A DNA stretch of 64,000 bases from Malassezia furfur (Eukaryota), in the NCBI GenBank assembly GCA_052055015.1, contig JBQJIT010000019.1; one strand, 5' to 3'. The notes beneath the pieces are model-generated. The model saw only the letters and a list, made by a program, of their open reading frames with translations. It was not told where the DNA came from and did not search any database. Numbering within the stretch: the first letter of the stretch is position 1; each line of letters starts with the position of its first letter. This document shows positions 35,547 to 45,688 of the stretch, piece after piece. The translations under genes were made by a program, and so were the position numbers.

Positions 35547-38267
35547 CTATGTAGTCTGCTTCGACTCGCATGCCTCGCTGGCGTCCGCCCAGCCCTGGGG
35601 CGCAAAGCTCCACACCCGCACGTCGCCGTCGTCGCTGCCACTCACCACCTTGTCGTCGTCGAGCGCGATGCAGGTGACTGCAGCGCGGTGACCCACGAGG
35701 GTGTTTTGGCACTGCGCCGTGTCGCGATCCCACACCTTGACGGTACGGTCGTGCGACGCCGAGACGATACGCAGGGTGTCGACGTCGACACCCCACACTC
35801 CCTCGACGTGCCCAAACAGTGTGCGGAAGCACTGCCCGGTACGCACGTCCCACAGCTTCAGTGTGTTGTCGAGCGAGCCGGAGACGAGCACCGGGCGCTT
35901 GCACTTGCCGCGCTTGGGCGCGGCGGTGCGCGCCGCATCGTGGGGCTGGAAGAGGCCGTCCTCGATATCGTCGAGCGTCGCCGACGCCGGCAGCTGCGGC
36001 ACGAGGCCTGCCGCGCTGAGCCGGCGTTGCGTCAGCGCTACCATCGGGGGCACGGTGCGTGCATCGTCGTCCGTGTCGCGTGCACTGTCGGCGGGGCGGT
36101 AGTAGAAGCGCTCAGGCAGCGACGGTGCCGACGCGTTCGACACGTCGGCGTCCTGCGCGTTGCTCGGCGTGTAGCTACAGCTCGCCGCAGAGCGGGCGGG
36201 CGGCGCGACAGGTGTCGTGTTCTCTGTCTTGCTCGCTGCCGTGGTGCGCGAGCCATCGGTGGCCGCCTCGCTGACGTCGGGACGCGCGACGTCGCTTGGC
36301 AGTGCCGCCGTGCCACGACTCAGCTTCTCGACCGAGGCGGGGTCCATCATGATGAGCTTGAGCGATTGCACCTGGCCGACATGCCCGCGGTACACGAGGA
36401 TACACTCACGCGTCTGCAAATCCCACAACCGGATCGTGCCGTCGTCCGACGCGCTAAACAAAAACATAGGCGGCGCACACCCTTTGCACGAGGTAGGCGC
36501 CGACCAGAGCTGTACGGCATTGACCCAGTCGCGGTGGCCCTGTAGCGAATAGCATTCGCCCGTGTGGAAGTTCCAGATGCGGATGTTGCTATCGGCGCTG
36601 CCGCTGGCCAGCACCGACTCATTAAAGTTGAGGCTCACAATGCCCTCGGTGTGTCCCTCGAGTGTGCGCAGCAGCTCGCCGGTGCGCCAGTTCCAAATCT
36701 TCAGACTGCGGTCCATTGAGCCGGTGATCAGCTTCACGTCGTCAAACTGCAGGCAACGCACACCGCGTGCATGGCCCGTGAGGGTGCGCAGCACCTCGCC
36801 GGTGCGCATGTTCCATACCTTGATCGTTCGGTCGTAGCTGCCGGTGATCAGCACGGGGTACGGCAGGCCGCTCACCGTCTCGCGGAAACTGAGCGACATG
36901 ATGCCGTCCGTGTGGCCCCGCAAGAGACGCACCGAGTGCCGTCCGCGCCGCCAGTTGCGCTCAATTGCTAAACGCTCGCAGTACACGGCCTTCCACGGGC
37001 GCGTCTTGTGCCTGTCGCGCGCCTCTGCCTCGCTCTGTTCCGAGCTCGAGTCACGATCGATACGCCGCCGCTTGCTCGGGCCGCATTCGTCGCCGCTGTG
37101 CGACGACGCATGCGACCCACTCGGCGATGAGGATGCGCGCGTACGTCGTTCAATCGCCGCCGCGTTCGCCGCAGCGGTCACGGTGCGTCGCAGGCTGCCG
37201 TCGCCGGACGCGTGCGCCGCCGCACGGTACTCGTCATCATGCGCCAGGCCCATCAGCTCCGACTGGCTCAGCGCATCGGGGTTCTTCAGCCGGCGACGCT
37301 CGGTGAGCAGCGGTAGACCCCAGCCGCACTTTTCGCACTTGCGCTCAATGTGCTGCTCGCACATGTTGCGCCAGAGCAAATCGTTGTCGGCGAGCGTGCG
37401 CCACAGACGACTCACCTGCGCAGCACGCCCCAGGCTGATGGCGTCCAGGTAGCCCAGTACACGCAGCGATACCTCACGGGGGAACAGAGTAAATGGGTCG
37501 ATGCGGATCGCCATCGTCAGCTCGGACGAGAGCAGCGACAGCTGGCTGAAGCAGCACATGGTCAAAATGCCTCGCAAAATGAGCGCACGCTGCGAGTGCG
37601 ACGATGAAGAGAAGAGCGACCAGACCGTGTTGACCGCGGTCTGCTCGGCCAGCGAGAGGGTATCAATCGACTGCGGTTAGTATGTGCCGACACATCTATA
37701 ACTAGGGCCCGGCTTCGGACAGGCCCTAGCCTCAAACCGTGCGGTCTAAATCTGCTCTCGCACGGGGTAGTTCCGCCGCAGGCATGCTGCGGCGGCCGAC
37801 GCTAGCCAAGCGCGTGGGATGCGGCGCCCGGCTACGGCAGCCCCTGCGGACCGCACGGTCGAGGAATAAGACGTACGTACCTTTTGCAGTCTTGCCGTGG
37901 CATCTTCGTCGGCCATGCGCTGGTGGCGCACACACAACTTCTCGGAGCGCGAAAGCAACGGCGAAATCACGCTGCTGCACTCTTGCTTCTCGCGCGACGA
38001 CGATGCAACATTCTCGCCGTCGCCGTGAACCGCCTCGTTGTGTACAAAGCCATGGGCTTTGAGTGCCGCCTCCTTCTTCTCTTCGTTGGTCGGCGCCACA
38101 CTCGGCACGGCAACCGTGCTGCGAGAAATTCCTGCAGCATGCGACGCCGTCAATGAGGCGGACGCGTCGTCTGGCGCCGCCTCTGCCGACGCCTGCTTGT
38201 GCGCCTCGACTAGTGCACGGCTGACAGTGTCTTGCGAAGAACTTGGATCGATATGGTCTGATACCAT
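35547..38267 (-). CDS. MET30: SCF F-box/WD40 sulfur regulator Met30/SconB (intron 37671-37880)
   Basis: LCVRHQRMADE..RLQK|SIDTL, LRGILTMCCFSQLS, F-box, MCEQHIERKCEKCGWGLP and WD40 repeats. Confidence 0.92.
37671..37880 (-). other. 210-nt MET30 intron with a multi-helix fold
   Basis: GTACGT donor and CTAACCGCAG acceptor restore the frame; five inverted repeats lie inside (see findings). Confidence 0.8.
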
Positions 38268-38614
38268 CACCACACGTCCGGTTGGTGTGTGTGTGTTGAA
38301 TCGGCAAACAGTAGGGAAAATTTACAAGTAGTGGGACGCCTCCTGGAACATCCCACACGTTCCTACCCACGAGCCGGTGGCGAAGAGCACACCGGTGAAT
38401 CGCGAGATAGCACGCTCTGCGCACGCAACGCCACGCGAACTGCGCTCGTCTCGTCAATTCTGACTAAGCAAGGCGTGACCAACCCACACCACATCAGACT
38501 TAGCATCAGAGCTGCTTTTTCACGCTACAAGGGGGTAACGTCGTGCACGCGCAACGCGCGCGCAGGTGCCATGCGGCGGAAATACTACAGTACGAGAAAG
38601 AGCATAGACGAAGC

Positions 38615-39432
38615 TTAGGCAGTAGCCTCCTTCGCGCTCTTGCCCGACTTGCGCTCGAGCAGCGCAGTGCTATCGGTTAGAACACCACGACATCGGGCAA
38701 TACATACCGGTCCTTGTCCATCTTGATCTTGGTGATCACCACGTTCGACGGGTGGATGGGGATCGCGACAGTCGCGCCGTTCACCTTCTCGCGCTGGAGG
38801 CGCTCGAGGTGCACAACCCACTTCTTGCGGTAGACCTGCACGACACGGCCCTCCGAGCCGACCGACGAACCACGCACAACAACGACCTCGTCATCCTTGC
38901 GGATGGGAAGCGAGCGGATCTGTAGGGTTAGTAACTGCATCGCATGGAAACGATCGAAACGGTAAGGGCAAGAGAGAAGCGAAACTCGGAGGACATGGTC
39001 GACAATCGTGGGTAATATAATTCGCAGCAGGTAGATGACGGGAAATGGTCATAAGAACATGGATGTCCTTGACTCGATCCGACACATCATGCAAGACGAA
39101 TGACAGATCCACACGACGATGAAAAAATTGACCATAGTTCGCAAGCAGATCATGTCCGTCGTGTCCCAACAAGCTCGTTTAAATTGGTTGCATGCAAGCA
39201 ATAAAGCAAAAGAAGCGCTCACAGGAGCATCCCTTTTCCACGCTCGCACATGCGACCAAGGTCCTCCAAGAACCGCCTTCGCACGCCCCTCCCTGTTTCG
39301 ATCGTTAGCAATACGTACACCGTGCTCCTTACGCAGCTCCTTGTTCAGAGGAGCCGACATGATCTTCCTCCTGATGTGACCCGGGGCATCGAAGTGGGCC
39401 TTGCGGTTGACACGACGCGAGGAGCTGACCAT
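38615..39432 (-). CDS. RPL26: 60S ribosomal protein L26/uL24 (introns 38920-39318, 38670-38707)
   Basis: [51 protein letters not shown] small upstream exon cannot be excluded. Confidence 0.93.
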
Positions 39433-39657
39433 GATGATATGTGCCTTGAGACGTTGGTCGTGAAGCACGGCTCGAAGAGCCACTGGCGCGAGGACCGTCC
39501 GTACTAGCATATCACGTGATACCCCTTAGCAACTGTATGTTCGAGGGGTGTATTAGGTCATGCTGATAAAATATTACGCAAATTGCCATCGGCGATGGAC
39601 GTGCACTACGTGGGGGTGGGCCTACCAGAGCACGCAGTGGTGGTGGGACGAATGGGT

Positions 39658-40514
39658 TTAGATCTGTAGACCGCGAGCGGATGTGGTTAGCATGCGTCCA
39701 TAAACATGCCCGAAGCATGTATCCAATACGTACGTAGCTAGAGAGCCACCGGAAGCCTTCGCCGTAACCCTGGCGCATTACGACAGAGCACATAAACACC
39801 TCAATGGGGCGGATGTCCTTGAGGGGCACGTTGCCCTGGATGTTAGCCATCCTATCAGTACACACGTACCTTGCCGGTGGTCTGGTACAGACCCAGCGCC
39901 TGCCTAAGCTCCTCCTCCGAGACAGCGCCCGGTGCGTCGATCTTGTTGCCGAGAATCAAGAACGGCACCTTGTTGAGCTCCTCGATAGCCAGCAGCTGGT
40001 CCAGCTCGGCACGAGCCTCGGGGAAACGCTCCTGGTCTTGAGTGTCAACCAGGAAGACGATGCCGTCGACCTCGGGGAAGTAGTCCTTCCACAGACGGCG
40101 CGCTGCATAAGTGTCAGCACGTACCCTGCTGATGGCCGCCCAAATCGTAAGTGGTAAACTTGACGAGGCCAATGGCGAGCTCCTCAGAAGCTGCAAGGTG
40201 AGTTGGGTAGACATACTAGGGTGGAGCGTAGGCTGCAGCGTAGCCAGGCGGTCGTTCTTGAGCATGTGCAGGAGCGTCTGAGGGTCAGTCCCGTGGTGCT
40301 GTACATACCGTCTTGCCGGCATTGTCAAGACCCAGGAACAGGATCTTGGCGTTTTTGTGCGTCAGACCTGGCGATTAGCAAGATGTTCTAGGGACGTGCC
40401 CGCTCAGGCACGCCCACACATACCCAGCTGCGCAAGGATATCCTAGAAGCATTAGTACATGTTCTTTTCTATTGCGCATTGTTGACGTACCCAGAACCAG
40501 TTGATAATGAACAT
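39658..40514 (-). CDS. SAR1: COPII GTPase Sar1 (7 introns; the last exon encodes only Ile and stop)
   Basis: [26 protein letters not shown] and [13 protein letters not shown]. Confidence 0.95.
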
Positions 40515-40740
40515 CGTGAATAGACGCTAGTGACCAACAAAAGCAATAGCGGTGGACGCGTGAATCGTCTCCAGATGGTGCGGCACTGGGGGCCGGCCGC
40601 TTCTCGGCCGACAGTGGGGGTGCCCCGTGCACTAGCGAGACCGTGCCCGCACGCTACAATTATTCTAGAAGTACGAAGGCCACGGTGAACGTGCGCCGCT
40701 AAGACAATGCTGGAACAATCGCATGTCTGCCTCAATACAA

Positions 40741-42020
40741 TTATTCAAGAGTAACCCGTAAGGACTCCGGTGCCGCAGGCTCAAAGTTGTTCACATCAAT
40801 ACCGCGTTCAAGCAGAGCGGACTCTGCCCGCTTCGGCACGAGGTGCTTAATGAGATCCGGCCGAATGGAGAGCTCTTCCCGCGTGAAGTTGAAGAGGTCG
40901 GGCATGGGCCTGCCGTTCGAGAGAATGACATCCTCCTCGCGCAATTCGTCAAAGAACGGATGGCAGAGCGCCTCCACGGCCGTTAGCCGGGCATGCGGGG
41001 TGTATTGAAGCAGATTCGTGATCAGATCAATCGCATCCGCAGGAGTGCGCGGACGGAAGATCTTGGAGAACGGATGCGGGCGAATTTGCGGGAACTTGTG
41101 CTCCATATAGTTGGGATTCATCGTCTTGATTTGCTCGCGAGAGGGCGTGCCGAGGACCTTGATGATTTCCACCAACTGGTCAATTCCGCTCTCGCCGGGG
41201 AACAAGGGTAGGCCTTGCATGAGCTCAGCCATCACACAGCCAGTAGACCAGATATCTTACGGTTAGTCGCTGTTGCACGTACCAATATTCGTCGTGTAGT
41301 TCGTGGCGCCGAAAATCAGCTCCGGAGCGCGGTAATAGCGCGAGCAAATGTAGCTTACGTTGGGCTCGCCAGGCACAAGAATCTTCGCCGAGCCGAAGTC
41401 GCACAGCTTCAGCACGCCAGTGCGCGGGTCAAGAAGAAGGTTTTGCGGCTTAATGTCGCGGTGACAGATACCGAGCGAATGGATATATGCCAGACTGCGA
41501 AGGATCTGGTACATGTACAGTTTGACCAAGAGCATGGGCATGGTCTGTTTCACCTTCGTATAGTGACGAGTCGCACGGTATACCGTTTCCGGGACGTATT
41601 CCAGAACAAGGTTCAAAAACACCTCATCCTTCTTGTCCCCGTTGGTGTAGAAAAAGGCGCGGCGCAAGTCCACGACGTTGGGGTGTTTAATGACACGCAT
41701 TATCTGCAATTCACGGTTCTTGAAGCGTTTATCTTGAAGCACCTTCTTGATTGCGATGCTGTCACGACCTTCTGCGTCTTCGTCGTGGCGCGCATCCTGC
41801 GCGGCGTCGTTGCCCGTATGCACTAGACGCGCTTGAAATACCACACCGAAACTTCCATTCCCGATGATGCGGCAATTGGTATAAGCAATCTCACGTTGTT
41901 CTCCAGTCTTTCCATCAGACGCGAGGACTTTGACCACCTTGTTGGGATCCTCCAGACCTGCCGGATGTTAGTATGGAGCGCAAACGCAGCAAACGTACCT
42001 TGGAGTTTGGCACCACTCAT
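40741..42020 (-). CDS. GSK3: Glycogen synthase kinase-3 family kinase (2 introns, including 41256-41282)
   Basis: [33 protein letters not shown] and [14 protein letters not shown]. Confidence 0.95.
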
Positions 42021-42303
42021 GATGGAGGCGTAGCTCTTCGTGGGTTTCTCCTGATTCAATTCACACAATAAAGTCTCCTTCTAGACACGGGACGCGGATC
42101 AACAAACACGTCGGATCTCACTGTGGGCGCTTCGGGTCCCACAAGTTCAGTTGTGACCTCCCGTGCGTAGCCCAACGTATTAGCGGGGAAGATTCGGCCG
42201 ACGCGTCAGCCGATCGGAGATACGTGGGTATTGCGCACGCGAATGTGGGGATGCGTGTGATATAGCCCCTCGTAGGGCGCCAAGGCCTCACCAGACGCGC
42301 CCT

Positions 42304-43398
42304 ATGCATCAGGCACGTTCATATGGGCAGGGAAAGGCGTTTCTGCGCAGTGCCGTCGCGCCGGGCGAGGTGGGCGCGCCAATCTTTTCTCATTTAGAGG
42401 GGAAGTTTCCCTTGCGTCTCCTAACTCCGCGTGCCTCGAGCCAAAATGCAACTTACAATGCCGCCGCGTATGGTACCGCGCCAGTGAAAGGCGTCGGCGT
42501 ACTTTTTGTCGTGAATTACGGTGGGGGGTTGGTCAGTGGTGACCACATCGACCTCGACTATGACGTGGGGTCTTACACGCGGCTCCTGAGCCTCACTCAG
42601 GGTAGCACAAAGGTATATTGCGAGCGGCGTACGGGTGATTCACCGGCCGTCCGCGATCAAGCGCAGCCCACGCGGGCTGTGTCTGAACAATACTTTCGTT
42701 ACATTGTCCGCCCGGATGCTACATTAATTCTTCTGCCCGCGCCTGTGACCTGTTTTGCTCGGTCGCGTTATGTCCAGACGCAGCTCATTGACTTGCGCGA
42801 CGCTCATACCTCGTCCCTCGTATTGCTCGATTGGTTCACTTCGGGCCGTCTATTTGTGGATGGTCCAAAAGAGAGCACAGACAAGGACCGTATACCCGAG
42901 TTTTGGCATTTTTATCAGTACCGCAGTCGCAACGAGGTGCGGGTAAATGGGCAGGTCATTGCTCGAGATTGCCTTGACCTGTCTCAGGATTTGCCCGAGA
43001 ACCTGAAACGCGATGAACCTACCGACTTGTCTCGCCGCTGTGCTCCCTATACATGTTATGCTACGGTCATTCTTTACGGACCTGAAACCAACGCCATCTG
43101 TGACACCCTTCAAAAGGAATTTGACGCAATTCAGCAGGCACAACCTTTGCTGCGCTCGGGTACCACAACGGGCCCTACGCGTGTGGAATTGCCTCCTCTA
43201 CTGTGGAGCACCAGCTCGCTTGCCTCGAGCGCGCCGGTTCCTGGCAGCGATCCCAAGGGAGCTAGGAACATCCAGTCGGGTCTTGTCGTCCGCCTCGCGG
43301 GCACCGACACGGATGAAGTGCGCCGCTGGCTCTATCATCATTTGCAGCCTGTGTGCCATCTGGTAGGCAGTGACATGTATCGGATGGCATTGGGATAA
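42304..43398 (+). CDS. ureD: Urease accessory protein UreD
   Basis: YGGGLVSGD, TQGSTKVY, LLPAPVTCF and LLDWFTSGR. Confidence 0.88.
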   Translation: MHQARSYGQGKAFLRSAVAPGEVGAPIFSHLEGKFPLRLLTPRASSQNATYNAAAYGTAPVKGVGVLFVVNYGGGLVSGDHIDLDYDVGSYTRLLSLTQGSTKVYCERRTGDSPAVRDQAQPTRAVSEQYFRYIVRPDATLILLPAPVTCFARSRYVQTQLIDLRDAHTSSLVLLDWFTSGRLFVDGPKESTDKDRIPEFWHFYQYRSRNEVRVNGQVIARDCLDLSQDLPENLKRDEPTDLSRRCAPYTCYATVILYGPETNAICDTLQKEFDAIQQAQPLLRSGTTTGPTRVELPPLLWSTSSLASSAPVPGSDPKGARNIQSGLVVRLAGTDTDEVRRWLYHHLQPVCHLVGSDMYRMALG

Positions 43399-43418
43399 GG
43401 AATAGCATACAAAAAAAA

Positions 43419-44051
43419 TTACGACGGCGCGCCCTGGTCAGGCAAGCGCTCAATACGACATTGGCGGCGTGCAATATACATCAGTGGAATACCAGGTACT
43501 TGACGGACGCGGCGACGCAGTTCACGATCACATGTAGCCACAATGTAGCATTTGTGACTTTTTATCCGCTCAATAATGCAGTCGTCCGCATAGGTACCCT
43601 TATGCGTGCACTCCAAGCGCTCAAACCGGGGGTCCCGGGCAACACGGAGAGCAATGCGGTATTTGGGACCGAGCTTCTCTAATTCCGAGATCACACAGCT
43701 GGTAATGCAAGGAATGGCTGCGTCAGCAAAATATACATACTTTTGGCATATAGACAGTCCATCATGCCCTGAATGAGCTCAATCTTGTTTTGCAGCGCAA
43801 AGTTGATAAAGTTCGTATCCACAAGCACACGGTACGGCGGACCCAGGGCCGCGTTATGTTGGAAGAACATGGAGGATGCAGCAAGTTCAACATGCTTCTT
43901 CTTGTCGTCCTCCTTTTTTGCCTGGGCAACGGCTTTCTCCTTGTTCTCTTTCCTGTCATTAGCCAGCGATGGAGACGTACAGACGCTGATCGTTGGGGTT
44001 CAACAGGCGCTTCACTGCGCCAAACTTGCGCACTTGCTTCTGCTTGCCCAT
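43419..44051 (-). CDS. FCF1: PIN-domain rRNA processing nuclease Fcf1/Utp24 (2 introns)
   Basis: MGKQKQVRKFGAVKR, CTHKGTYADDC and YIVATCDRELRRR. Confidence 0.93.
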
Positions 44052-44455
44052 GGCGCTGGGTCTACTCCACTTGCCACCGTCGCTTGGAGAAAAAGTTGGC
44101 AGCCACGTGATGCGTGCGGAAGCCCTTGGGCCGCGCGTAGGGTGCGCTAGGCACGGTGGCTGGGGCCAAATTTCGCGGCTGCGCCAAAGTGTGGGGGTAC
44201 CGTCGCTCAGCACAACTTCGCACGGGCAAGGACTTTATGCTCCGATCAAAGCAGTAGAGAGCCGCAGATAGTACATGAATGCATGTGGGAGATACTACAA
44301 GACAAGCCCACTCCGGCCGATTACGTAGACACCATAGAACGAGGCGTGAACATGGGAAAGGTATGGACCATAACCGGACCGAGTGCGCAGCTGCCAGTGT
44401 GTAGGGCAGCAACTAGTGCACCCAGGATCAGTACGCGTCTTAAACGTGGACAAGT

Positions 44456-44941
44456 TTAGAAACCGTGCACCTTAACGTCCTGCTTGGGGATGCCCTCTTC
44501 GATCCTGCGGGTCAGTTTGTGGGTGGCAACGTACAGGAACATAGAAATTTTCTGGCGCTGGTCGCCCTGAAGCTGAATGACCTGACCGAGCTCCTCGTCG
44601 TCCACGATGGTGCCGTTGCAAGCAAACTCCTTCTTGAACGCCTTGAGCAGCTTCTTGGCGTCGTACTCTGCGGTCAGCATGCGAATTATGCCACCCCACG
44701 TACCCTTCGGAAGACCTTGCAGGGTCGTAAGCGTCTTACGGCCGTTGCGCTGCTGGATACGGATGTGAACGTAGTTGTTCACCTGGGAGGCCTTCTTCTT
44801 GTCCTCCACGGGGTCCTCAGCAATAGGTTGGTCTTCGCCAACGTCCGCGAAGGGGTCTGTGGGTGTGTGTTAGCTCTGTTCATGACAACCAACAATGTGG
44901 CGTAGACACCTACCGTAGCTTGCCAGATTCTGAATGCTCAT
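44456..44941 (-). CDS. SUI1: Translation initiation factor eIF1 (introns 44857-44913, 44668-44703, 44505-44534)
   Basis: MSIQNLASY|DPFAD, HIRIQQRNGRKTLTT, KKEFACNG and KVHGF*. Confidence 0.96.
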
Positions 44942-45050
44942 AAGCTGTTCCACGAGACGATTAAAGCTTGCTGTTTGGCGGGATGCGAAGCCGTTCAAAA
45001 AGTGCGGCGATGCGTTTCCCTTCACGTGATCAACTAGCTGGCTCCTCCTG

Positions 45051-45658
45051 ATGGCTGGACCAGATGCCCACAAGCGGAGCGTGGTCAAGCACCGTACGCG
45101 CACTACGCAGAAGCCGCGCTCTCATGGCGGCTTTGCGGTAGGCGCAACCAACGTGCCGACTGGTGCATATATTGGGCGAGGTATGTTCCCGCGACTCACG
45201 CAGCCAAGAAACTCAAGGCCGACCTTATCCACAAGGCCAAGGTCAAGAAAGCCTACTACAAGCTGCTAGAGAAAGAAGGGGCACCTGAACCCTCGCACGC
45301 TGAAGAGGAGGAACAAAGGGAGGAGAAGGAGGAGCAGGAACTGGGACGTTTCGCACCCGAGGTCCCCGAACATGACCTGCTCGAGCGCGTCTCGAAAAAG
45401 GACGAGCGGCCCCGCGCGGCGCCCAAGCCCAAGGCACCGACGAAAAAGAAGCTACCTTACTTTTACACCCCTCCGAAGCAGGAGAAGGCCAAGCAAGAGG
45501 TTCCGAAGCGAACACGCGAAGAGGCGCTGGCCGAGCGCGATGAGCGGCGCAAACTGTGGAACAAGAAATCCCCGAGCCAACAAGGTCGCGCGCGTGGTCA
45601 ACCCGACCTGGGTGCGCGCATGCAGGTCATGCTTGACAAGATCCAGCGCAGCTCCTAG
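45051..45658 (+). CDS. Fyv7-like rRNA processing protein (one short intron near 45181-45203)
   Basis: GAYIGR|AKKLKADLIHKAKVKKAYYK and a C-terminal GQPDLGARMQVMLDKI. Confidence 0.65.
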
Positions 45659-45688
45659 ATACCCATGTATGTTCATAGTTGCTTCATT

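Noticed and set aside
41655..41675. Apparent extra Arg in GSK3 ([10 protein letters not shown])
   Set aside because: In frame; a real one-residue insertion cannot be told from a sequence error without reads.
42304..43398. UreD as a possible bacterial horizontal transfer (intronless, somewhat lower GC)
   Set aside because: The motifs fit eukaryotic UreD, no other urease genes are adjacent, and many native genes here are also intronless.
44250..44450. GCTGCC/GGCAGC hairpin in the FCF1-SUI1 gap
   Set aside because: A single short stem, probably in the SUI1 3' UTR; too weak to call an RNA element.
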